Assembly: GCF_963921235.1 (NCBI RefSeq)
Contig: NC_086106.1
Coordinates: 25,792,001 to 25,856,000 of the forward strand
Length of the DNA: 64,000 nt
Direction: 5' to 3'
Source: Mobula hypostoma
Lineage: Eukaryota
Part shown: positions 36,618 to 49,338 of the stretch, one piece after another
Numbering within the stretch: the stretch's first letter is position 1
How the letters are laid out: each line of letters opens with the position of its first letter
Made by a program: the position numbers and the translations under genes
Notes under the pieces: generated by a model
Told to the model about the DNA's origin: nothing
Seen by the model: only the letters and a program-made list of their open reading frames with translations
Databases searched by the model: none

Positions 36618-37821
36618 GCTCCCTCGCTTCAGCCCCGCTGGGATCGCGAATCACTTACAACAATTTATCAACATGACAGAAAACGGAGTGTAAAACGTAT
36701 CGGAAGTAGACTGAATGGTGCAATGCTCAACGATTGCAAGATAAAACCAGAACAAAGGCTATATGAGCATTAGTCAGAATCCAGTTCAGTTGAAAGCCCC
36801 TTTTTGNNNNNNNNNNNNNNNNNNNNNNNNNNNNNNNNNNNNNNNNNNNNNNNNNNNNNNNNNNNNNNNNNNNNNNNNNNNNNNNNNNNNNNNNNNNNNN
36901 NNNNNNNNNNNNNNNNNNNNNNNNNNNNNNNNNNNNNNNNNNNNNNNNNNNNNNNNNNNNNNNNNNNCACCCTACCTGTCTCCATCTATCTGTTTATCTA
37001 CCTTTCTCTGTATATCTCATTCTCCCTTTCTCACTGTTTTGCTCTATCCCTACCGACTTCTCTCTCTCATTCTCACTCCGGACATTGATTTCTATTTTTC
37101 TATTTATCTACTCAGTCTCGCTTTCTTTGGCATTCTGCCCGTGCCCTATCCTTTTTCACAGCATGTCACTCCGTGCCAACCAGCGTATCAGCGACAATTC
37201 CAACGAGTCATCCGCAAAGTTAGGACTTTCCGCTGTTGCTGTTATCTAAATTATGATTAGCCTTTTAAGTTATTGACGGAATACCATTGAATCTTCCAGG
37301 ACCCCGTTGGATATTTCTTGTCAATAGCAGATTAAATATTTATTCCCATAGAGGAAATGGGATTAAATGGTTAGCGGTCATGGAAGGCACTGGTTAGAGC
37401 AGACACACATTGCGAACACTGAGGTGTCCAGATCCTGTATCGCCGTGGAACGTTGAGTGTTGAACTGCGCAAAGTTATTCAGTGGAGTCCGGCACGATGC
37501 CCACGAACCTATATGAGCGAAACATCTTTCCCCAGAGACCGGAATTATTACTGGACTTGTCTTCGCGTAGAAAAATACAGTGACACAGTCTGCTCTTCCA
37601 CGGTCGTTACATCTCTCCTTTTTGGGTTCACAAACTCTGCTCCACTCGTCCCTTTAATAGGCCCCGAATGTACAGGGGCGACAGAACGCACTGACCGTGC
37701 AGGACGCGCTCAGACCGATTAGACTGATTCACCAAGCAGAGTAGCCGATACAAAGACCATCCAGGGGTGGTTGTAGCGGGAACATCGTACATTGAGTAAA
37801 GTAAACAGAGAGTGATTTAAG

Positions 37822-40500
37822 GCTCCATCTTCCTCTCACCCCAACCCTCCCCTCTCCACTGACACCCCCAGCCTCCCCCCTCCCCGCTCTGATCCCAGTT
37901 CTCATCCGTGCCCGGTCTTTACCATCCCCTCCGACCTTCAACTGTCGGAGGCAGAACGCTCTGTTCTCAGTAAGGGCCTCACCATTGTCCCCCTTCGCCC
38001 ACACCTCAGCGAGCTCCGTGTTCGCCATGATGCGGAACTCTTCTTCCGCCGCCTCCGTCTCCCAGCCCACTTCTTCGGAAAGGACTTTTCCACCCCCACC
38101 GATGACCCCTTCTCCCGTCTTCAACCCCCCTCTTCTTCATGGACACCCCGCTCTGGTCTTCTGACTCCTCTGGATCTCTTTATCGCTAAATGCCAACGGG
38201 ATATCAACCGTCTCGACTTCACCGCACCTTGTTCCCATTCCAACCTCACTCCTTCTGAATGCTCTGCTCTCCACTCCCTCCGCACTAATCCTAACCTTAC
38301 TATAAAACCCGCCGATAAGGGGGGTGCTGTTGTAGTCTGGCGTACTGACCTCTACCTTGCCGAGGCACAGCGACAACTCGCGGATACCTCCTCTTATTTA
38401 CCCCTCGATCGTGACCCCACTAAGGAGCACCAGGCCATGGTCTCCCACACCATCACCAACTTTATCCGCTCAGGGGATCTCCCATCCACTGCTACCAACC
38501 TTATAGTTCCCACACCTCGCACTTCCCGTTTCTACCTCCTACCCAAGATCCACAAACCTGCCTGTCCTGGCAGACCTATTGTCTCAGCTTGCTCCTGCCC
38601 CACCGAACTCGTTTCTGCATACACCGACACTGTTTTATCCCCCCTTGTTCGATCCCTTCCGACATATGTTCGTGACACTTCTCACGCTCTTAAATTTTTC
38701 GATGATTTTAAGTTCCCTGGCCCCCACCGCTTTATTTTCACCATGGATCTCCAGTCCCTGTATACTTCCATCCCCAATCATGAAGGTCTCAAAACTCTCC
38801 GCTTCTTTTTGGATTCCAGACCCAATCAGTTCCCCTCTACCACCACTCTGCTCCGTCTAGCGGAATTAGTCCTTACACTTAATAATTTCTCCTTTGGCTC
38901 CTCCCACTTCCTCCAAACTAAAGGTGTATCCATGGACACCCGTATGGGTTCTAGTTATGCCTGCCTTTTTTTGTTGGCTTTGTGGAACAATCTATGATCC
39001 ATGCCTATTCTGGTATCAGTCCCCCACATTTCTTTCGCTACATCGACGACTGCATTGGCGCTGCTTTCTGCACGCATGCTGAGCTCGTTGACTTTATTAA
39101 CTTTGCCTCCAACTTTCACCCTGCCCTCAAGTTTACCTGGTCCATGTCCGACACCTCCCTCCCCTTTCTAGATCTTTCTGTCTCTATCACTGGAGACAGC
39201 TTATCCACTGATGTCTACTATAAGCCTACTGACTCTCACAGCGATTTGGACTATTCCTCTTCTCACCCTATTTCTTGCAAAAATGCCATCCCCTTCTCGC
39301 AATTCCTCCGTCTCCGCCGCATCTGCTCTCAGGATGAGGCTTTTCATTCCAGGACGAGGGAGATGTCCTCCTTTTTTAAAGAAGGGGGCTTCCCTTCCTC
39401 CGCTATTAACTCTGCTCTCAAACGCATCTCCCTCATTTCACACACATCTGCTCTCACTGCATCCTCCCGCCGCCCCACTAACAATGGGGTTCCCCGGGTC
39501 CTCACCTACCACCCCACCAGCCTCCGGGTCCAACATATTAATCTGCGCAACTTCCGCCACCTCCAACGGGATCCCACCACTAAGCATATCTTTCCCTCCC
39601 CCCTCTCTCTGCTTTCCGCAGGAATCGCTCCCTACGCGACTCCCTTGTCCATTCGTCCCCCCCATCCCTCCCCACTGATCTCCCTCCTGGCACTTATCCG
39701 TGTAAGCGGAGCAAGTGCTACACATGCCCCTACACTTCCTCCCTTACCACCATTCACGGCCCCAGACAGTCTTTCCAGGTGAGGCGACACTTCACCTGTG
39801 AGTCGTCTGGGGTGATATACTGCTTCCGGTGCTCCCGATGTGGCCTTCTGTATATTGGTGAGACCCGACGCGGACTGGGAGACCACTTTGCTGAACACGT
39901 ACGCTCTGTCCGCCAGAGAAAGCAGGATCCCCCAGTGGCCACACATTTTAATTCCACGTCCCATTCCCATTCTGACATGTCCATCCACGGCCTCCTCTAC
40001 TGTAAAGATGAAGCCACACTCAGGTTGGAGGAACAACATCTTATATTCCGTCTGGGTAGCCTCCAACCTGATGGCATGAACATCGACTTCTCTAACTTCC
40101 GCTAGTGCCCCACCTCCCCCTAGTACCCCATCTGTTACTTATTTTTATACACACATTCTTTCCCTCTCTCCTTTTTCTCCCTCTGTCCTTCTGACTATAC
40201 CCCTTGCCCATCCTCTGCTCCCCCCCCCCCGCCCCCACCGTCTTTCTCCACGGATCTCCTGTCCCATGATCCTCTCATATCCCCTTTGCCAATCACCTGT
40301 CCAACTCTTGGTTCCATCCCTCCCACTCCTGTCGTCTCCTATCATTTTGGATCTCCCCCTCCCCCTCCCACTTTCAAATCTCTTACTAACTCTTCCTTCA
40401 GTTAGTCCTGACGAAGGGTCTCGGCCTGAAAATTCGACTGAAACTCTTCCAATAGATGCTGCCTGGCCTGCTGCGTTTACCAGCAACTTTGATGTGTGTT
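37822..40500 (+). mobile_element. Penelope-like retroelement (RT + GIY-YIG), frameshifted
   Basis: YLLPKIHK...GRPIVS, MDLQSLYTSIP, GVSMDTRMG, FRYIDD; GIY-YIG VIYCFRCSRCGLLYIGET; 3' pLTR with a mutated hammerhead at 40404-40439. Confidence 0.93.
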
Positions 40501-41046
40501 GTCAGAGGATGATTTGAAATGTTTCTCCGATAAAAGAGAAGTTATTCAAGTAAGGGCAATCAGAGACTTTCCGGGCAACTCGGCGCTCTTATTTCAAAGT
40601 ATATGCGGATTATACTTTTAAATACAGGGCTGATACTAACCACAGGACGGTCTGGCGTTAATATACTCACCTCTCCCACCACCGCTCCCCACCCGCTTCG
40701 TCTCCGTCACTGTCTGATCTCTCTGGCTGTCTCTTAGTCTCAGTCCATCAATTTTGACTCCACATCTCCGATTATCCTCCGAATCGTCTCCCTCCGTATC
40801 TCTCTCACTCACTCTCACTTTCCAGTGGATGTGAAGGAGTTTATTTTTGCGTTCTTTTAGTGTTTCACTTTCTACTACCTCGATAAGCTGTTTAATTAAT
40901 GCATCTGTTAAATCCCAGTCAATCAATCATCCGACAAGAATAAAAAAGCATATCCAGCAAAATGCCCCACGCGGTGATAACATCAGATCCGTTAAATCTG
41001 TTTGGGAAACCAGATGATACAAGTTATCACTCTGTTGTGCTCCCAT

Positions 41047-41095
<49 letters not shown>

Positions 41096-41726
41096 CTCTT
41101 TCCTCCTGAAAATGGCTTCAGAATATAAGTGTATGGGTAGTATGCGGTCAAGTATATGTACTTTAATTATAAAGTAATTTTAAACATTGTACCTCATACG
41201 CTATCACGTTAAACATTGGCAGGTTCTGTCGCATTATCTAAATACTCAGTATAAATCAATGTCGCTTTTGCAACATCCTTAATATCGACAGCATGCCACT
41301 TGCAAATCTTTGTCAATCTGCAGACCACCATTTTTCCCACCTGTGTTTTCCTTTTGTCAGCAATTATCCTATTTAAATATATCCCGCTTCCATTCTCATT
41401 ATTTCTCGCTGCAGACAGTGGAACAAAGTGCCCATAGACAAGGTCACGCAGAGTTGTCAATCGTGGTATGCAATTGCAGCAAAAGCGTTTGAGTGAAAGA
41501 ACATTGCAGTACCCCGGAAATGCATTTCAAAGTTCCAGTTTAGTTGCGCATTGCAATCAGGAACTGCTCCTTTAGATTCGGCGCCTTCCGCTGCTGATTT
41601 CAGCGCTCTTGAGTAGGGCACGTGACCATGGCTGAGTTCTATGTGCGCCCCTTCCAGTTTCCCGGAAAAAGATGCCCTCCATTGCGAGCCTTTTTTTTTG
41701 CATTATACAGAACCAGTTTTATACAG

Positions 41727-42109
41727 ACACAGATACATGCCAGTATTCGACACAAGAGCCACAACAAAATGTAACTAAGCCGTCTAGTTGTCCTTCTGCA
41801 ACTGCGGTAAATCTCACTGGGCAATCCAAATGCCGCTCCATTAGTTTCTCCTCAGTTTTGAATATACGAAAAGATATTTGCATCAGCTTAAGTGTAATTA
41901 CATTCAGTGCATGTTCTATCCTTTCTCAGCCGTTATGTCGGGAGGATTCCACGTCGCTGAATCTTTCCCGCGCTTTCTTGAAATAAAGGACACAGTAAGT
42001 AAACATCGCTGTCTTGTATTGACCGCAGGGGAAATTCACTGTCCACCTTCGCAGAGACTCATTCAGGCAGCACAGCCAATGCAATCAGTAATGAACAGAG
42101 GGAAAGCAT
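41727..42109 (-). pseudogene. TCR V pseudogene, family A (RSS and FR2/CDR2 deletions)
   Basis: Leader MLSLCSLLIALAVLP (ATG 42109, donor mutated); HLDCPVRFTA retained; spacer, heptamer and post-Cys codons deleted near 41720. Confidence 0.83.
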
Positions 42110-42358
42110 GGTCTCTAATTGCTGTCTGAATCGAACGGCAAATTCCTTCCAGGACGTAATTATCACTCAACAGATATTGTGTTGTGGGGTCGTTTCAGTG
42201 ATAGCTTTCAACTTGTGTAAGACTAGAGGCGTTTCCCTGCTCTTCGTATTCGCTGACATAAAGAACCGAAAACTTTCTGAACAACAATCAGACTCTGCTT
42301 CATTTCTGTTCAGCTTTCTACTCGTTTCTCCGTTCTTTGAAGATAGCACGTGAACCCC

Positions 42359-42418
<60 letters not shown>

Positions 42419-42884
42419 CTCTCTTTCCCATGCTGCTTTGGGTTTTTGTACTGTTTGGAGGATGTCTGTGGAAGGTATGAATTTCGTGATGTATATTGTG
42501 CACATTCTCTGATTTTAAAAGTAACCAAATTTATCAGCAGATACCTATATGCTCAGTTTCCACGTTTCCCGAGTTAGTATGTTTTCAACGTCCCACAAAA
42601 GACGCTCTAGGTAGCATTCCTTCTGATCGATCGAAGGATCACTGAGGTACGTGTTAAGAGGAAGTTCCGAGAATCGGACAGGTAAATCTGTGAACCATTA
42701 GAACATAATAAATAGGAAAAGAATTAGGCCATTTGTCCGATCGACTCTGCTCCGCCATTTCAGATCAGACAGTGTAGTAATGGAATCTTCCGAAACGGTA
42801 AACGTACCATTAAATTGAGAGTTTCAGAATTTCGAAATATAGCTTTGGAGACAGATGTATTAAACTTCTCTTTTTTCGACAGTC

Positions 42885-44030
42885 ACGAGGAAATCTGCAG
42901 ATACTGGAAATTCAAGCAACACACACAAAAAATGCTGGTAAACACAGCAGGCCAGGTAGCATCTATAGGAAGAGGTACAGTCGACGTTTTCGGCCGTGAC
43001 CCTTCGGCAGAACTAACTGAAAGAAGTGATAGTGAGAGATTTGAAAGAGGGAGGGGGAGTGGGAGATCCAAAATGACAGGAGAAGGCAAGAGTGGGGGAG
43101 TGGATCGAAGAGCTGAAAAGCTGATCGGCAAAAGGATACCAAACTGGAGGAAGGAGAGGATCATCGGACGGTAAGCCTAGGGAGCAAGAGAACGGGGGAA
43201 GGGGAGCCCAGAGGGTGGAGTGCAGGCAAGGAGTGATAGTGAGAGGGGCAGAGGGAGAAAAAAAGAGAGAGGGAAAGAAAAAAGGGGGGAATAAACATAT
43301 ATTAAATAAATAAGGGTTGGGGTGTGAAGGAGATATGGGGCATTAACGGAAGTTGGAGAAGTCAATGTTCATGCCATCAGGTTGGAGGCTACCCAGACGG
43401 AATATAAGGTATTGTTCCTCCAATCGGAGCGTGGCTGCATCTTGACAGTGGAGGACGCGTGGACAGACATATCACAATGGGAATGGGACGAGGAATTAAA
43501 ATGTGCGGCCACTGGGACATCTTGCTTTCTCTAGTGGACAGAGCGTTTGTGTTCAGCGAAACGGTCTCCCAGTCTGCGTCGGGTCCCGCCAATATATAGA
43601 AGGCCGCACCGGGAGCACCGGGCGCAGTATAGCACGTCAGCCGAATCACACGTTAATTGTCGACTCAACTACTAGGACTGTCTGGGGCCCTGAACGGTGA
43701 TGAGGAGGAGGTGTACGGCATGTGTAGCACATATTCCGCTTACAAGGATAAGTGCCGGGAGAGAGATGGGTGGGAAGGAATTGTGGTCCGGGGTGGGGGA
43801 GTGAACTAATGATCAAGGGAGTCGCGTAGGGAGCGATCCCTGCGGAAAGCAGAAAGAGGGGGTGGAGGGAAAGATATGCTTGGTGGTGGGATCCTGTTGG
43901 AGGTGGCGGAAGTTACGGAGAATTATATGTTGCACCTGGAGGCTGGTGGGCTGGTGGGTAAGAACAAGGGGAACCCTATTCCTAGTGGGTTGGCGGGAGG
44001 ATGGGGTAAGTGCAGATGTGCGTGAAACAG
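42885..44030 (-). mobile_element. Penelope-like element 3' fragment
   Basis: Reverse-complement homology to 39.4-40.5 kb (RVPLVLTHQPTSLQVQHIILRNFRH, GIY-YIG region, pLTR). Confidence 0.85.
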
Positions 44031-45167
44031 TCATCAACAGTAATCGGTTGTTCTCTCAATGTGTCTCTTCCATCGGAGGGAAAACACAAAAGTGGAAAAG
44101 CAGGTTCCAGTGTGCACAAGTATACATTCTACCCGATTATAAGAGTATTGAACTGTGCAATGAAATTGAATCTCAATCCCAATCCACCAGGGTCTGATCG
44201 TGTTCTTTATTTGCTGGCTGTGCAGCATTTTTATACGTCTGTACACTTTGTTTATATTGTTTTATTATTTTACTTTCTACTACCGCGATAAGCAGTGCAG
44301 TGCATTCAACTGCAATAACCGAATCGATGCAATCCTGCAACAATAATAAACACATTCCGTTCGTAATCTAGATACATACACCAAAATACTCCATGTGGTG
44401 ATTACATCAGATCCGTTAAGTCTGGTTGGGAAACCAGATTATACAAGTTATCACTCTGTTGTGATCCCATTCCCTCCATTCCTCTCTCGCTCTTTCATAC
44501 TGAATATGACTTCAAAATATGAGTCCTGGGGTAGTATGCGGTCGCCTATATGTATTTTAAACATAAAGTTACTTTCAACACTGAGCCTCTTTCACACAGC
44601 ACGGGAATACACCGACGAACATCGTATCTGCATTCTCTATCACGCTAAACATACACAGGTTCTGTCGGATTATCTGAATACTCAGTATAAACCATGAGTA
44701 GCTGTTGTATCTTCCTTAATTTCAGTGGGTTGTTAATTTCTGGGTTTCGTTAGCATGCAACTTGCAATTCTTTGTCATTCGGGAAAGCACCAGTTTTTCC
44801 ACGCTCTGTTTTCCACTGACCATTTTAAATATATCCGGGCTCCGGTCCGTCCGTATTACTTTTCTTTGTGAACAAACGAACAAAGTGGCCAAAGATAATG
44901 TCAGACAAGGCTGTCTATCTTTTTATACCCTTACAGGAAAAGAAGACGGGCGAATGCACATTATGTTATTCAGGAAATGAATTGTAAATTTCCAGTTCGG
45001 TTGCGCCTTGTAATCAGAAACTGTTCCTTCAGATTCGGCGCCTTGTGCTGCTGCTTACAGCGCTCTTCCGCAGGGCTCGTGACTATGAATGATTTCCGGG
45101 TGCGCCCCTTCCAGATTCGCCGCGAACAGGCGCCCTCCTGTGAGAGAATTTTGCATCACACAGAACT

Positions 45168-45206
45168 AGTTTCTGTCCGGACCAGCCGTCTGCATAGAAC
45201 AGTGTG
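45168..45206 (-). other. 23-RSS of intact V at 45.2 kb
   Basis: CACACTG (45206-45200), 23-bp spacer, ACAGAAACT (45176-45168). Confidence 0.92.
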
Positions 45207-45626
45207 GAACTCATTGCACAGAGATACCTGCCAGAGTCCGACACCAGAGCTTCACGGATGTGCAATTGAGCCGTCTTGCTGACTATCTGCGAACTAGCGG
45301 TAAACCGATTAATTCGATTCTTTCCTCCAATGCCAGTTCCCATCACCAAATACTTTGGAGGTTCTCCACTATGTTGAATGTACCAAAAGATATCTGGATC
45401 ATCGTAAGTGTAAGTACAGTTCAGTGTTATGTTCTGTCCTTCCGTGGCCATTAAGTCGGGAGGATCCTGCGTCACTGAAGCTTTCCCACTTGCTCCTGCA
45501 AAAAAGGACAGAATAGATCAACAACGCCGGCTTGTATTGAACGCCGGGGAAATTCGCTGGCCACCTTCACAGACACTCACCAGGCAGCACAGCCAGTGCA
45601 ATCATTAGTAAACAGAGGGAAACCAT
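45207..45626 (-). CDS. TRAV: Intact TCR alpha/delta-type V gene segment, family A short-CDR2 (leader 45626-45581, V exon 45495-45207)
   Basis: MVSLCLLMIALAVLPG/ASGKASVTQDPPDLMATEGQNITLNCTYTYDDPDIFWYIQHSGEPPKYLVMGTGIGGKNRINRFTASSQIVSKTAQLHIREALVSDSGRYLCAMS; GT-AG 85-bp intron; good RSS. Confidence 0.92.
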
Positions 45627-47009
45627 GGTGTCTAATTTCTGGCTGAATCGAATGGCAGATACCTTCCAGGACATAATTGTCACTCAACAGATATTGTGGT
45701 GTGAGGTCGTTTCAGCGATACCTTTCACCTTATGTAAGGGCGGGGGCGTTTTCCTGGCTGACACAATAAACCGAGACTTTCTGAGCACCAATCAGAATCC
45801 GTTTTTCTCATACGTCATTCTGTCTGTTTCTTCGCCCGCTATTTTCAATNNNNNNNNNNNNNNNNNNNNNNNNNNNNNNNNNNNNNNNNNNNNNNNNNNN
45901 NNNNNNNNNNNNNNNNNNNNNNNNNNNNNNNNNNNNNNNNNNNNNNNNNNNNNNNNNNNNNNNNNNNNNNNNNNNNNNNNNNNNNNNNNNNNNNNTACCC
46001 TGTTATCTTGTTATCTGCATAATCACACCATATTCAGAAACTTATCAAACTGTAATCATATGCAATTAGGCATTTTCCACATGGTCGTTTCTTCAATATC
46101 GACAGTATCCTGCTTGAAGTAGTTCATTTATTTATTTGTTTTTTTTTAGTTAGTTATTTGGTGATATAGCCCACCATAATCTCTTTGGTCAACATTGTTC
46201 AATCTTTGGCATTGAAGTAGTTATTCAATGGCAGCAAGTGTTCATCTAGTTTTTGTTTGCTGTTGTGGCGCCAATCTGCCATCCACGCCAATAGACTCCT
46301 GAAAGCACACTGTGTGCAGCCAGCAATCTCTTCGTTAAGAAAAATACTCACATCTGCATGCCCCTTGTAATTATTTCAAATCGCATTAAAATATCGTAAT
46401 AACGCATTCGCCATTTCCACCCTTATGTCAGAGCGCTGATTGTCCTCTCTGTCTCTGCCTCTGGACATATTATACACAGTTATTAAGTTACCCCTCATCT
46501 TCCTTCTTTACAGAAAGAAAGGGGCTTGTTCGCAGAAACTGAGATGACCGGTGGAATATACAGGCACTTGCCGATGTGTAACTGAAGTTGAGCATTACGA
46601 TTCCTCTTCCTTTAATTGTTGATGCAGAGAGCCAGATCTTTCCCAGACGCTTCTACAGAAGAAGGACAAAATAACTGAACATCAAGTGCTTCCATTGCAC
46701 CTGCAAGACACCCACTGACTATTTGCGAAAAGAATCGCCTGGCAGCGTAGACAATATAATCAGTAAGGGTCAAGGACGCACATGGGGTCTGCTCTCACGC
46801 ACGGTCCTAAGCAGATAACAAGAAGCTGATACCACAGATTGGCGAGAATTATGTCAGATACGCTGCACCCTTCACTTCGTGGAAAACCTCCGTAATTTGC
46901 TCTTCTAACTGGGAGTTGAACCTTGGAAGTCAGAGCTGAGATTATTTCACCACCGTCGTGAATGGAACTTATACACTCTCTGTTTATTTATCAGTCACTC
47001 ACTTTCATT

Positions 47010-47740
47010 CAGGTGCCTTGTCGTTCGGCGTTGGCGATCATGTGTCTCCATCCATCACGGTCCCTGACCCTCCGAATTGTAATTGTTGCCTGCCCTGTTT
47101 CTAACCATGATGTTATTCCATCTATCATTTTCATTCTCTGTCTCGATCTGCTTCATTTTCTTCCAGATTTCCAGTTGTAATTAAATGTTCTAATGTCTCT
47201 CTTCGGATGAAGTGTCCAAAGAATTTTGATTGCTGTTTTCTGAATTTTTAAGTAATGTACGTTTTCTTTTCGTTCTCTGTAGTACTTCTTCGTTGGTTAT
47301 TCTGTCCGTATATGATATGCATATCATTCTTCTGAGGAACCACATCTCTGCTAAATTGATTCTATTTCCCGTTGCATTCGGTATTGTCCATGACTCGCAA
47401 CCATACATCAAGATAGGAAGAATTTAGCAGCTAAGTGCTCCAAGGCGGATGTCAATTGCTGTTTTCTTGTTCGTTCGGATATTTCTGATTTCTGTAAATG
47501 CTGATCTTGCCATTGCTATTCTTGCTTTTATGTCTGTTTCGCATTTGGCATCAGATGTTACCCATGATAGAAGGTACTTGAAGTCGTGAACATGTTTCAG
47601 GATTTTGTTTCCCAATACGATCCTACAGTTTGGGATATCAGTTTTATTTATATTACCATTACTTCAGTTTTCTTTTTGTTTAAGGTTCGTCCAAGTCTTT
47701 CGCTGTCTGTGTTGAAGGTAAATCATTCACTCTAACTATA
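47010..47740 (-). mobile_element. RTE-clade LINE 3' fragment
   Basis: MMYGCESWT...AEMWFLRRM..ISYTDRITNEEVL and FKYLLSWVTSDAKCETDIKARIAMA are typical RTE ORF C-terminal motifs. Confidence 0.8.
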
Positions 47741-47753
47741 TTCTGTTTGTCAA

Positions 47754-47931
47754 GCAGCATCTATAGGAAGAGGCGCAGTCGACGTTTCAGGCCGAGGTTC
47801 GTCCTGACGAAGGGCCTCGGCCTGAAACGTCGACTGCGCCTCTTCCTATAGATGCTGCTTGGCCTGCTGCGTTCACCAGCAACTTTGATGTATGTTGCTT
47901 GAATTTCCAGCATCTGCAGAATTCCTGTTGT
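47754..47931. mobile_element. Penelope-like pLTR insertion with inverted 5' end, 13-bp TSD, hammerhead motif
   Basis: TSD ttctgtttgtcaa at 47741-47753 and 47932-47944; hammerhead core gtc-CTGACGA...GAAA-cgTC-gac at 47801-47834. Confidence 0.85.
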
Positions 47932-48656
47932 TTCTGTTTGTCAATCTCACTTTTCCCTTTTTCGTTCTACTTTAATAAATACTTCATTTCTTGCAATGAA
48001 TCTCCGTCTTTGTTCCCTATTCTGTTACTGTCCTATATTTCCGTCGCTATGTCACTCAATAGCTCCCAGTCTGCCTCTGTATTCCAATTTTACTAAATCA
48101 TCAATGTAGCTTTAAATAATGTTATGGGAACTTCCCTTCATCCAACGCCAGCCCATTCGGTATTAATTTGAAATTCGTAAAATAGACATCAATTTATCTG
48201 AACTTTTAGGACGCTAATGTCAATAGACACCACCTGCAATTTATCTTCATCGGAAGCATTTAGTGTGAAAGCCTGTCGAATGCCATCTAGTTATATACAC
48301 CCTCAGTATCTCTTGGTTGTACTCATCTTCACTGTTAATACCTCGAGGTAGTGAAAAATGAAGTCTGGCAAAAAAATTAACCACAAGATATTCTTAGAGG
48401 CAACAGAGCGACATGGACACCACCATATAGTAGAAATGCTTCGGAAAGCCGCCACAATTTCCCTGGGTAAATCTAAATTCAAGCAGTGTTCCACAAGTTG
48501 GGTCACATTTTGTTGCTGAATGCGGCATTTCAAATCCACCACGTGATCCTCATGCTTTCTGCGTACAGCTGTTCCAGTTCCGCAGCAAAAGGCGCCCTCT
48601 AGTGATCACGCAACGCTAGACTTTGTACAGACCCGCTGTTTCCCTACAACACTGAG

Positions 48657-49082
48657 GGGTCCTTTGCACAGAGGTACTGTATACACTTGAGTCCGGGACA
48701 AGAATTCCAGAGATACTTGAATGAGCTGACTCTGCGTCTGTGCATTACAACTGTAAACCTCGCCCGACATTCCGAGGCCGCTGCAGTTTTCCTCAGCCAT
48801 AGAGATTCAGCAGTTTTTAGGACAATCTCCGCGATGCTGAGTGTATCAGATAGGTTTGTCTTAGTTCGTGTGCAACTGCATTTCAGTGTTATTATCTAAC
48901 TTCCGTCAGCCGATAATTTAAGAGTATTCTGATCACAGATTTGTACTTTCTCGTTCCTGCAATAATGGACAGAATGCAGTGACTTCTCTGACTTGCACTG
49001 AACTACGCTCTCGTTGGTCATGTGTGCAGTACCTTAGCTGTCAGGATGGAGAATGAAACCTATAAGAAACTGAGGGACACAT
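48657..49082 (-). pseudogene. TCR V pseudogene, family B
   Basis: Frameshifted leader (ATG 49082); V exon 48956-48657 with stops, ECRARF and ...LCAKD end; RSS CTCAGTG-23-ACAAAGTCT. Confidence 0.86.
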
Positions 49083-49296
49083 ATTCACTCGCTTCAGCCC
49101 CGAAGGGATCGCAAATCACTTACAAGAATTTATCAACATGACAGATAATGCAGAGTAAAACGTATCAGAATTAGAGTGAATGGTGCACTGCTCAACGATT
49201 GCAAGATAAAACCAGAAGACAGGATATATGAGAACTGGTCTGAATCCAGTTACGTTGGAACCCCCATTTTGCCTTTTCGCACGCTAAAAATCTCTT

Positions 49297-49338
<42 letters not shown>

